A stretch of DNA of 63,985 nucleotides, counting the filler, from Hyphochytrium catenoides (lineage: Eukaryota; Protista; Hyphochytriomycota): NCBI GenBank assembly GCA_900088475.1. It is 15 parts of 15 records of this genome, joined end to end, with 100 filler letters (N's around TTAATTAATTAA, not from the genome) between each part and the next. Parts side by side here need not be neighbours in the genome. Positions count along the whole stretch, not along the records: positions 1 to 2,133 come from FLMG01003961.1; positions 2,234 to 17,582 come from FLMG01001071.1; 13 more parts are not named here. One strand, 5' to 3'. Position 1 is the first letter of the stretch. Every line of letters starts with the position of its first letter. Shown one piece after another: positions 1-10,048 of this stretch. The notes beneath the pieces were generated by a model, which was not told the DNA's origin, did no database searches, and saw only the letters and a program-made list of their open reading frames with translations. The position numbers were made by a program, and so were the translations under genes.

Positions 1-486
1 CCTAGATTCTTCGCTGTGCAGATTAGGTGAGCCTGCTGTCCTCTTGTACTTCTTTCTCCCTCCTCCTTCAGTGTCTGAGTGTGTCTCTTTCTCTCTTCGG
101 GTTCCTGTGAGGTCTTGCTGTGCTTCACTATCACTCTCTTGGGCTGGTATTCGTCCTTTCTGTCTGTGCAGGTCCACCGCGTCCTCCTCTCGTTTGCTTG
201 GCCTTATCCTCTCAGCTTCCACATAAGACGTGAGGGCTTATTTACACCTTCACCACTTTCCTCTGACACATCTGGCTCCTCCGTTTCCTTCAGGATCTTT
301 ACCATCTGCGAGCTGCGTGACGGAAAGATCATCAACCACACGGATCACTGGAGTCTGCAGACAGTAATTGGCTCTATCCCTGTGGTTGGGTGGTTCTACG
401 ACAGGGTTAGACCGGTTGTAGGCAATGTCTCTTCTGTCATCTTCAAGAGGATTAAGCCACCTCAGGACAAGCCTCACGAGCAGTAA
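1..486 (+). CDS. NTF2/SnoaL-like fold protein, 3' part (exons <1-26, 294-486)
   Basis: Joining donor GTGAG at 27 to the CAG acceptor at 293 gives PRFFAVQIR|IFTICELRDGKIINHTDHWSLQTVIGSIPVVGWFY...*. GKIxxHxDHW is typical of the last strands of NTF2/SnoaL-like domains. Confidence 0.65.
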
Positions 487-1380
487 GAGGAGAAGAATGT
501 GGGACAAGGAAAACGAGGAGCTTGCACTGCGTCGAAAGGAAGCACAGCAGCAGCCTTTCTGGTGGTGTCCCATCCTCCAACAGCGATAGCTCCATCCTTT
601 AGATAGTTATGCATTTTGAAGAGTAGCGCCAGAGGAAGAGACACAGAACAGAGAGAGAGAGAGAGAAAAGGAGATAAAGATAGTATATAGCTAGGAGGCA
701 AACAGCTTAGACCATAGGTTTAGCTAGAGAGGAATATGCTTAGGAGGCCCCAACCTACGGGTTCTAGTAAGATAAGCCACAGATTGCCTAATCTCAACCA
801 TTCTCTGTCCAGATCCGTTCATCTTTTCTGCCGCTCTCTCTTCAGTCCTCACCTCTCGTTGCCTATGTCTATCTGGTGCTAGCGGGCAGCAATGCCATAC
901 CTAAGAGACTTCACGTGCTCTTCTCCTGTCTTCCTGCGCATCACTCGCGTCCATTGTATAGGATACTAATGCCTCTACGTTAATCGTTTTATAGCGCGAG
1001 CAATAGATATTAGCAATGGTCTAGCGGCTTGGAGGTGCTATATACAGAAAGAGTCAATCTATGTTCCCATTCCACCGTCCTCTCTCTCGGTCTCTCCCCC
1101 TTAATCGTTATGCTATCTCTCTTCATTCCCTGACTCTTTCTTGCTCCTTCCTAAGCACTACATTCCCGCAAAAGCGCTAGTGTAGCGAAGATCTCATCAT
1201 CATCAGGACGAACAAAGAGACTCCTCTGCAATTTCTTCTGCAGAGTCGAGGGGGGGAAAGAGGAGAGGAAAGGATTGGACAAAGTCCTCGCCACGCTAAT
1301 AGGATGGGAAGGAAAGGAGAGACCGGCGGAACAGAGAGAGGTGCTCCACACGGTGCACCCTCTCTCTCTCTCTATTTTAA

Positions 1381-2133
1381 CTACTCTGGTATATGTGAAT
1401 TTGGCTTGTTCCCCTGATAGTATCGAGGTCGGTGCGTACTCTCGGCCATGGAGGTCACCGTTTGCAACGTTTTGGACTGCGTGGGGGGTGGACTCTCTCT
1501 CAAAGGGAGAGAAGCGTCTCCATACATCCGCGGACTGTCATTTAGCACAAGTAAACTGCCTGGCCTTCTCCGAGGAAGTGGAGCAGCAAGAGATGGCGAT
1601 ATCATCTGCATTCTGTATCGTGCCATGCCTGCCGACGCAGGTGGCTCCGTTCTGACACCGTCGTCTCTTCCCATGAGGAGCTCGACCACCATCTGGTGGT
1701 TGTGCTTGAGGGCAATATCTAGCGCCTTTTCTCCCTTGAAGTTTCTTCGCTCTCTTTCCACCCTTCCATCTCTCAAAAGCACCTGTACAGTGCTCACATG
1801 GCCCAGGTAACATGCCTTGTGAAGCGCTGTCTCTCCAAGTTTGTCAATGTGTCCTCCTGGGTCCACCCTGTTGTCTGAAAGAAGGAGAAGCAGGAGGGGA
1901 TCCAGGCCCATCTGAGCAGCTATAAGCAAAGGAGTTTGTCCCCAGCTGTCATCCCTCGCGGGGGATATCCTCCCATCCCGTAGTATTAACTGAAAGACTC
2001 TCTCCACAGCCAGGGAATGCGCAGATGACGCGGCAGAAGAGGGAGAAGGGCCATAGCGATGATAGGAGGCACCTCTTCCTCCCATCTCACCACCGTACTT
2101 GAGCAAAGAGGGAGAGGAGGTAGGTGGAGAGAG
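1381..2133 (-). CDS. Ankyrin-repeat protein, 5'-truncated by contig end
   Basis: Three ankyrin motifs: GQTPLLIAAQMG, GETALHKACYLGHVSTVQVLL, GEKALDIALKHNHQMVVELL. Confidence 0.85.
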   Translation of the reverse strand, partial: LSPPTSSPSLLKYGGEMGGRGASYHRYGPSPSSAASSAHSLAVERVFQLILRDGRISPARDDSWGQTPLLIAAQMGLDPLLLLLLSDNRVDPGGHIDKLGETALHKACYLGHVSTVQVLLRDGRVERERRNFKGEKALDIALKHNHQMVVELLMGRDDGVRTEPPASAGMARYRMQMISPSLAAPLPRRRPGSLLVLNDSPRMYGDASLPLRESPPPTQSKTLQTVTSMAESTHRPRYYQGNKPNSHIPE

Positions 2134-2233
2134 NNNNNNNNNNNNNNNNNNNNNNNNNNNNNNNNNNNNNNNNNNNNTTAATTAATTAANNNNNNNNNNN
2201 NNNNNNNNNNNNNNNNNNNNNNNNNNNNNNNNN
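2134..2233. other. Artificial contig linker N44-TTAATTAATTAA-N44 (first of 14; others start at 17583, 22234, 25207, 26424, 29113, 30772, 33300, 39073, 52716, 55188, 57869, 60628, 62200)
   Basis: Identical 100-nt spacer whose core has stop codons in all six frames. Confidence 0.98.
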
Positions 2234-2890
2234 TCTCTCTCTCTCTCCTCTCTCTCCCCCTCTCTCTGTCTCCGTTTTGCTCTCATCCTCTGACTCTAAT
2301 CTTGACCAACCTGCTGAGAGAGGGCTCACTCTTCCTCTGCACGGCCAATCGAGGGACTCTCGCGCCACCAGGAGGACAGCGGTCGACTGCAGAGGGACAG
2401 ACGGTACATAAGAAGAGAAAGTGACAGGAAATGCCTGAGAAGAAGAGAGAAGAACTGACGATAAAGGAGTTGAGAAACAGGGGAGCAAAGCAGAGAGGAA
2501 GAGACTTACAAGAGGAAGGAGGAGGCCAACAAAAAGATACTTTAGAGAGAGAGACAGAGAGAGACCCCACAGACCAAAACCTAGGGAGAGAGAGAAGGGC
2601 CAGACGATCTCAACGTTGAAGCTTATGCTCAGGAGTTACCTGCAAAAAGACCAGCCACCGGCAGAAGAGAAACAACAGAAGAGCAGCTCTCCAAGTCTTT
2701 CTCTCCCTCTGGGCTGCTGACATTCTCCTCCTGTCCAGCCAGTTCCGTGAGGGCACCAGCACTGCGGCAGCGGGAGGGAGGCGAGGGATGAGACAGAGGA
2801 GAGAAATTATAATGCGCCTGACAAAAAGCTCAGGGAAGGAAGGAAAGGGAAGGACTTTAGTCCTAACTTCTGCTTGTGATGCCCTCATTC

Positions 2891-2964
<74 letters not shown>

Positions 2965-3158
2965 CTCTTTTTCTCTCTCCCTCTTCTTTTCAAGTTCCTT
3001 CTGTCCTGAACCTCATGTTCTTACCTAGGCGGCTCCTCCTTGTGATTCTCCTCTTCTGCAGCGGAAAGGCAGAGGGTAATGCCCGTCACAGAACCAGTAA
3101 GAGAGAGAGAAAGAGGGACAGACATCACTGCAAAGGTGAGCGAAAGTGAGAGAGTGTG

Positions 3159-3209
<51 letters not shown>

Positions 3210-3359
3210 GTCACGCGAGAGCGCAAACGAACGACTGGCAGCATTCGAGATCAATAAGAGACAGAATGACCACAATCTTCCAATAATGGACAGCGCTGCG
3301 CCCCACAAGCGGAAGACAGACATGGGGAGAGCGACAGAGAGAGAAGAGAGAGAGAGAGA

Positions 3360-3599
3360 GACGGCACCTGTTGGGAGCTCGGTCACTGGAGCCGCTGCGT
3401 CTTCGTGTTGCTCCGTGTCGATGGCGCTGGTCGCCCTTTTCTCCGCCTCATCCTGGTGCTTTCTTGTTACTCGAGCAAGAACTGCGTCCACCAACTGAGT
3501 GGCCACGCCCATCCTGTGAGAGCTTTGTCAACAGAGACACCAACTTCCTGCACAGACACCTCTCTCTGTCTCTCATTAGTTCTCTCTCAGCCTCATCAG

Positions 3600-3658
<59 letters not shown>

Positions 3659-3665
3659 CTCTCAG

Positions 3666-3715
<50 letters not shown>

Positions 3716-4300
3716 TCTCTCTCTCACTCTCTCTTACTCTACGTTACCTGTTCCTGGCAGCTTCCTCCTCTGTTGGTCCCACCGAGGACAGAGTAGTAGC
3801 AGGCTCTTGTGGCTTTTCCTCTTCTTCGGAAGTCTCAACTGGGAAAGACGGAGGAGGTCGTTCTGTGCGTTGAGGGAGAGAGAGAGAGTGTGTGCGGAGG
3901 GTCGTTTGATAGGTTATCAGGGAAGACAGGACAGAGAGCACAGTCCGCACTGTTGATCGCTAGAAGTAGAGAGGGAAATGGGCTGCGAGAAGGAACTCCA
4001 GTCAATGAAAGGAAAGACAGAAACGGCGGCGCAGAGGTCTCCACAGAGAGAGAGAGAAAGAGAGCGCAGAGAGAGAGAGAGAGAGAGAGATGGTACCTGC
4101 AGCGAGCTGGAGCACTGAGTGATTTACTTCGTCTTGTTGCTCGCCTGTGCTGCTCTTCTCCTCTCTCTCTCTTCCTTCCTGCTGCAGCCGGGTTGTAACC
4201 TCCGCGATGATAAAGTCTAGCAACTGAGTGGCCACACTCTTCCTCATTCTGTGAGAGCCCTGGGTTGTCAGTGACACCAGCAGTGCCAGCCATGGGCGCT
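3360..4300 (-). repeat. Two diverged copies of an exon-like segment encoding SHRM..VATQL(L/V)DxxxAxVT (about 3370-3545 and 4095-4285)
   Basis: Shared DNA CTCTCACAG.ATG...GTGGCCACTCAGTTG on the minus strand. Peptides GVATQLVDAVLARVTRKHQDE and SVATQLLDFIIAEVTTRLQQE. Each copy is followed by a GT donor and a CT-rich tract. Confidence 0.55.
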
Positions 4301-4654
4301 TTTTGCTCTTTCTCTTTCTCTCTCTCTCTCTCTCTCNNNNNNNNNNNNNNNNNNNNNNNNNNNNNNNNNNNNNNNNNNNNNGCTTTCTTTGCCATTCTCT
4401 CGCTCTTTCTCTTTTTCAATCTTGCTTCCTTCCTGTCTTCCCCGGTTTTGCTCTGGTTCTCTCTCTCCCCTAAAGAGCCTGATTTACCTGACGACGTCGG
4501 CTTCCTCGTCCTCCAACATCCCTCCCTGCGGAAAGACAGACGCGATAAGAGCCTGATCTGTGCCTTGTGAAGTGAGAGTGGGAGAGAGTCAGAAAGATAG
4601 AGCGGGAGAGAGAGAGAGCTTAGTAGACCTTCATCAAAAGAAAGAGGTCTAATG

Positions 4655-6148
4655 TCAATTACCTGGCTCTCCTTCCTCCTCGATCTGAAGCGGAAGAGAT
4701 GAGACAGCAGAAAGAGACAGATGATCCGCTTCCTTCCCAGGGCCAGCAGCAACTTGAGCTGTCTCTCTCTCCATTCCGCAGTCACAAGGCTCAGACTTTG
4801 TCTCCTCCTTCTCAACCATCGCCGCCACAGATGGAGGAGAAAGAAGGACTTGAGCTCTTGGGACCTCGATCACCGGTGTCTGCAGCTCAAGTTTCATCTC
4901 CAGGAGAGAAACGTAGAGAAGGTTCCAGCGTGACAAAGCCCTCTCTCTTCTTTCTCTCTTCACAGCGGTCAAGGCAGCAGCTCTCTCCTTGAGTTCTACG
5001 AAGAGAGGAAGACGAGAGGCTCGAGAGAGAGAGAGGGATCTGACCCTCTCTTCCCTGTCTGCCCAGGCATTAGTCAAATCCTTCCACAGGGAGAGAGACA
5101 CCACCCGCAAGCGAAAAGTCTTTCTTTCCTCTCTCAGAGCCGCCATCTGGCCAGCCAGTTCCGTTAGCTCTGCAGAGAGAGAGGAAGAGAGTCTTCCCTT
5201 AGCGAAGCTTTCCGCTCTTGCATGTCTCTCTTCTGTCACTGAGAAAAGCTCCTGGAAGAGAGAGAGACGTTCACGTTTCCTCTTTTCCCTTCGAGAGGCG
5301 ATGTCTACAGCCGCTGCAGGGAGCAGATCTGCCAAGAGAGAGCGGAGAGCCCGTTGTACTCTGTGTCTCTCCTCTCTCTTGGTAGATCTTTCCTGGTACG
5401 CTCTGCGGAGGTCTGTCAAGAGAAAAGAGAGTGTTTGCCGCGTTTCTTCTTCCTGCAGACGGCGGGCAGCCCTTTCTCTTGCCACTGACCTTAGATCTTG
5501 AAAGAGAGAGACTGTCCTTGGTTGAGGGAGAAGTCTTGCTCTCTCTTCTCTCCTGGCAACCCTAGCGCCAGCTTCACGGCCAAGCTCTTCCAGGACCGTG
5601 AGAGGGAGAATGAAGAGTGAGAGAACTTGCCTTCTGGCAGCTCTTTCATCAGCAAGTGTCACCAGTTCGTGAAAGAGAGAGACAGGCCTTGAACGCGAGA
5701 GACGACTTGCTCTTTCCTCTCTCCTCAGGAAGCTCTCCCTAGCTACCTGCACGAGTTCGCTATGGAGACAGGAAGGAAACCTGACGGCGGAGAGAAGGAA
5801 CATCGCTCTCTCTTCCCATCTTTCAGCCCTCCGAGCGGCCGCCTCGGCGATTTCCAGCGAGAGACACGGTGGAAGCCGAGAGAGAGACGAGAGAGGGATG
5901 ACGTTAGTCGCTCTCCTAATCGCCTTCTCCGCTGCGGCGAGAAGAAGCTCCTCCCTGAGGGAGAGCGGCAGACAGTGTGGAAAGGCTCCTCGTTCTTTCA
6001 TCTCGCGGTGGCGGTATGTCACTACCGCGAGCGTCGTAACGCAAAGCGCTAGCGGTGGACAGAGCGGGGAAGACGCGATGAGAATCGCGGGGAGGACTGA
6101 CTGGCAGACTGCCAGCGCTGCCTCCCGAAGGGACCCAACTCCCTTCAT
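4655..6148 (-). CDS. Intronless 497-aa protein: N-terminal hydrophobic segment plus about 12 imperfect 25-33-aa helical repeats
   Basis: Uninterrupted ORF with recurring (L/V)SLFx(E/D)LxxxAxERAARREERxR-like units, not explained by simple microsatellite translation. Confidence 0.7.
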   Translation of the reverse strand: MKGVGSLREAALAVCQSVLPAILIASSPLCPPLALCVTTLAVVTYRHREMKERGAFPHCLPLSLREELLLAAAEKAIRRATNVIPLSSLSRLPPCLSLEIAEAAARRAERWEERAMFLLSAVRFPSCLHSELVQVARESFLRREERASRLSRSRPVSLFHELVTLADERAARRQVLSLFILPLTVLEELGREAGARVARREERARLLPQPRTVSLFQDLRSVARERAARRLQEEETRQTLSFLLTDLRRAYQERSTKREERHRVQRALRSLLADLLPAAAVDIASRREKRKRERLSLFQELFSVTEERHARAESFAKGRLSSSLSAELTELAGQMAALREERKTFRLRVVSLSLWKDLTNAWADREERVRSLSLSRASRLPLFVELKERAAALTAVKRERRERALSRWNLLYVSLLEMKLELQTPVIEVPRAQVLLSPPSVAAMVEKEETKSEPCDCGMERETAQVAAGPGKEADHLSLSAVSSLPLQIEEEGEPGN

Positions 6149-7075
6149 ATCTCTTGCTGCCTCCAGGGAGGCCAGTAAGAGAGACCAATGAGGAGATGAA
6201 GAGATGGGGAGAGAGTTAGAACACAGCTAGAAAGAGAAGGAAGACCTTCAGCCCTCAAGGTTCAGAGCTTGAAAAAGCTGAGCGCGATCGTCCTCTCCTT
6301 CAACTCGAGCGGTAGAAGAGAGACTGCTGACCTTTGAGAAGGTCAAACGCCACGGAGAAGGAACCGCGCTTCCGTCGCCGCACAGTGCGCTCTTTAGAAA
6401 CGTTAAAGGGCGGCGGAGCTTCGCCAACCGTCGTCATTTCTAAGGAGGAGAGAACCAAGAAAAGACAGTCAAAGAGAGAGAGAGAGAGAGAGAGAGACCG
6501 GGAAAGAAATATACAGAAGGAGAGGCAAAGTGAGATTTGCGCGAGGGAAAGAGAAACAGTGACAGGGAGGGAAAGAGAAGAGAGAGAGAGAGAGAGAAAA
6601 GAGAGAGGGTAACAAAGAAAAAGAAAGAGAGAAAGAGGGAGAGAACCAGGAAGAAAGAGTAAGCAAGAGAGAGGGAGAGAAGGATGGAGTTAGGGCTCGA
6701 GACCAACGGATCGAAAGGTCATGAAAGATTTCCTCTCTTTTCTTTCCCGATCGATTGCTTCCCTGCGACGGCTCTGTTGCCAGCTGCTTAGCTTGAATAA
6801 TTCCACGCTACTCTTTCCTTGACAACTCTCTCTCTCTCTCTCTTCTGTGGGCCGCTCGCCTGCCGTTGGCTCCTTGGAAGGATTTCTCTTTTATCTCTCC
6901 TCAGCACGTTTGAAGCTGCTGTCTTGTCTCGCATCGGATCTGTCTCTCTTGTTATCATAGGATAACTCCCTTAATCTTTGTCTTTCTACCTTTACTCTTT
7001 CTTATTCAGTTCCGGGTCTCCTTCTCTCTCTGTGTCGCGTGAGATCTTTGAAGTGAACCGTCACGATCTGTCTTC

Positions 7076-7109
<34 letters not shown>

Positions 7110-7961
7110 TTTCTCTCTCTCTCTCTCTGTCTCTCTTTACTACCGTTTTACCAGCTTCTATGCCCTATGACTCTGTCTTCCTGGTGCTCTCCCTCTCCCG
7201 CGATATCTGTCTTCCTCGCTCTTGTATTTCTGTCTCGACCCTATATTCTATTTCATGGTCCTAGTACACGTACATTGAACTCTACTCTGACTGAACGATA
7301 AAAATATCTCTCGCTTTCCGCCATCCTATCTCTTCTTTCACTCTGTCTCTCTTCTAGCTCTGTCTCCCAGTCTCCCAAAGATGGCTGGTCCCGTATCCCT
7401 AACATATATACAGCACCTCCTTCCCCTTCCTCCCCCTCTCTCCTGTCTCCTCTCTCTCTCCCAGTAACTGCCTGGATAAGATCCCTAGCCTTCTGTACAG
7501 TACAGCCAATTACAATACGGATACTATAGTGATTTATACCACATATTATAACAGAAAGTGCGGCGTAGTAATATTTATCCCGGCTCCTGAGGGAGGACAG
7601 AAAGCTCTAGACTGGCTAGGGATTACGAAATTAATGTCGTGGAGACGGACTTTGCTCCCTTACATCTGGGCTTCGAATTTCGGTGGCTCTTTGTCAGAGT
7701 TGCTTTGCGGAAGGAATTCCACTTCCCGACATTAGCCCAACATTCCGAAGATACGGCAGTAATTGAAAAGATGCTACTGGCTGGGACTGGCATGCCACCT
7801 GTCTCTCTCTGTGTAGGCTGAAGGCTAGGGAAGGGAGAGACAGGAATGAAGCAATAGGAAGAGGAGAAAGCGCTGTATATATGTTAGGGTTAGGGCACCA
7901 GACATCAGACAGAGTGATAGAGAGGAATCAAACGCAGTCTCCTGTTGCGGTAAAACAGTAG

Positions 7962-8012
<51 letters not shown>

Positions 8013-8499
8013 AGAGAACAGACTGTGACGGTTCGTTTGCCCAGAACTTGCGCGAGACAGAAGGGAGGCACCAAGGTTGTTGGAGGTACATGTTGAAAGA
8101 AGAAGTGAAGAGAGAGAGAGAGAGAGAGAGAGAGACGAAGAAGGTAACCTACGGGCAAAGCTAAAGACAGAGCCCTTACGAGGCAAGCCGCAAGCCCACG
8201 CTTGATGAGGAGACGAAGATAAGAGGGAGATTCTTCCCTCATCATGGAGCGGACGACGGACAAGTCAGGAGACCTTCAGACAAAGCTACGAAGAGAGTGC
8301 GGCTAACATTGTCTCTAGGGCCAACTAACGGCTACAACTACTTGTCTCGTCGGCCTCTGTCTATCTAATAGCACCGCAGAGCTCTCGCTGCTGTCCGATC
8401 ATCCATTCTTCTGTCTGACTAGGTAGTAGACTCTCTCTCTCTTGCTGTCTTTTTCTTTTCTCTCTCTCTCTCTTTCCCCCCTTTCTCTGTCTCTTACTG

Positions 8500-9310
8500 A
8501 TCTTCTCCCTCTCTCTTCTCTTCCTTCCTCCGCTCGCTCGAGAAGTTTTGAGTAGGATCTGCGGGCCCAGCCACCTTGGTGCTACCTGCGACTCTGCTGG
8601 GAAGATGAAGAGCGCGGGATAGGAATCTCTAGAAGTCGATCCGCCAGACTTGTTCAATCCAACCATTTGTGTCGTTCTCGCTATCTACCAGCCGGGAGGC
8701 TGGCTGCTTTCCCTCATACTAGGCATAGAAGATGCACCGCCAATGTTGTCAGCAAGCCGGGAGAGAGAAGATGCGAGAGTTCATGAGTGAGAGGAGGGCA
8801 GACTGATCTACCTACACGCCTAAGAGGCCGACTGAAGAGCAGAACAAGCTGTCTGCCGGGGATGGATTAGCAACACGAGGGATGGTACTGAAGAGATTGC
8901 GAGGAATCTTGCGCACATCCATGACCGACATCATCCGTGCTCTGAGTGCACGATTTCTCTTCCTCCTCGTGAAGGAAGAGTGCTACCTGCGTATTCTCCG
9001 TGTAAGCAGTGCCATATCCGGCGCCACATTGATCTCCCCATCAACCAGGAGCTCCGCCAACGCACAGCAAACTGACTGAGAGTCCTGTTCCAGGAGAAGC
9101 ATCTTTGTGACTATCGTCGCCGGATGCAGTCTTCCTCTCTACCTCCACTTGGTTGATAGGCGCAGCGCTACACAGAGCAGTGCCGTTGTCTGAAGTGGGA
9201 CAGCCGGTTAGTTGAGCCTTCGCCTAGCAAGCCGCATTGACGCAGTGAGAGTCATGGCATGGACATTCTGATAGGAAGGGTTGGCTCTCCTTCCCGTCCA
9301 GGTGACAAGG
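8500..9310 (-). pseudogene. Decayed ORF of unknown family
   Basis: One frame of about 270 codons reads protein-like (…VTKMLLLEQDSQSVCCALAELLVDGEINVAPDMALL…GWIEQVWRIDF*RFLSRAL…). By manual translation it has 7 stops: 5 TAG, 1 TAA, 1 TGA. Confidence 0.4.
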
Positions 9311-9765
9311 TGGTAAGTAAGCCAAGTGCAGGCGCAAGGGAGAGAGAACGAGAGAGAACAGGGACAGACACACAGAGAGAGAGAGAGAGAGAGAGAAGAG
9401 ATCTATCTCCTTGTCTAGCGCCGTCGTCAGGTTGACTAGCTAAAACCCTGAAGTCGACGCCAGGTTGTCACTCCATCGGGTCTCCTACGCTATTCGTTGC
9501 TTCCTAAGTCTCAACGAAGGCATGCCAAGGAAGAGAGAAGAAGCAGGAAAGACAGAGAAAGCCTTAGAAGAGCTATAACCCCGCTCTCTCCACCGAGAGA
9601 AAGAGAAAGCTCAGAGGTTTAGTAAGAAGCTGCAGCAGCAATAGCAGAGGGGACTGAGAAAGAGAGAAAAAGGAGGGAGAAAAGCGCACGACAGAGAGAG
9701 AAAAACGAGGGAGAGCGCGCGCGCGAGAGAGAGAGAGAGAGAAGAGAGGCCGAGCACGCACGAGA

Positions 9766-9803
<38 letters not shown>

Positions 9804-10048
9804 AAAAGAGAGAGAGAGAGAGAGAGAGCCCGAACAAACGGACAGAGATGGGGACGAAGCTTTGGGTTAGAGAAGCGTAAAAGCCTTATAATTAACAGTC
9901 CTCTGGCATAAATAACGAAAAGAAAGAGCAGTAGCCTCTCTTCCCTCCTTTCCCTCGGATTCTCTCTCTCTCTCTCCCTTCTTACATACAGCTCCTGTTC
10001 TTCTCTCTCTCCCTCTTTCTCTCTCTCTGTCTTTTCTCTCTCACTGCC

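Noticed and set aside
79-293. Extra exon (VHRVLLSFAWPYP…) or non-canonical splice sites in the NTF2-like gene
   Set aside because: A single canonical intron at 27-293 gives an in-frame, family-like protein.
8882-9001. Ric8-like peptide LKRLRGILRTSMTDIIRALSARFLFLLVKEE on +
   Set aside because: Short resemblance only. It lacks the following GxGxAAG motif and has no in-phase upstream exon.
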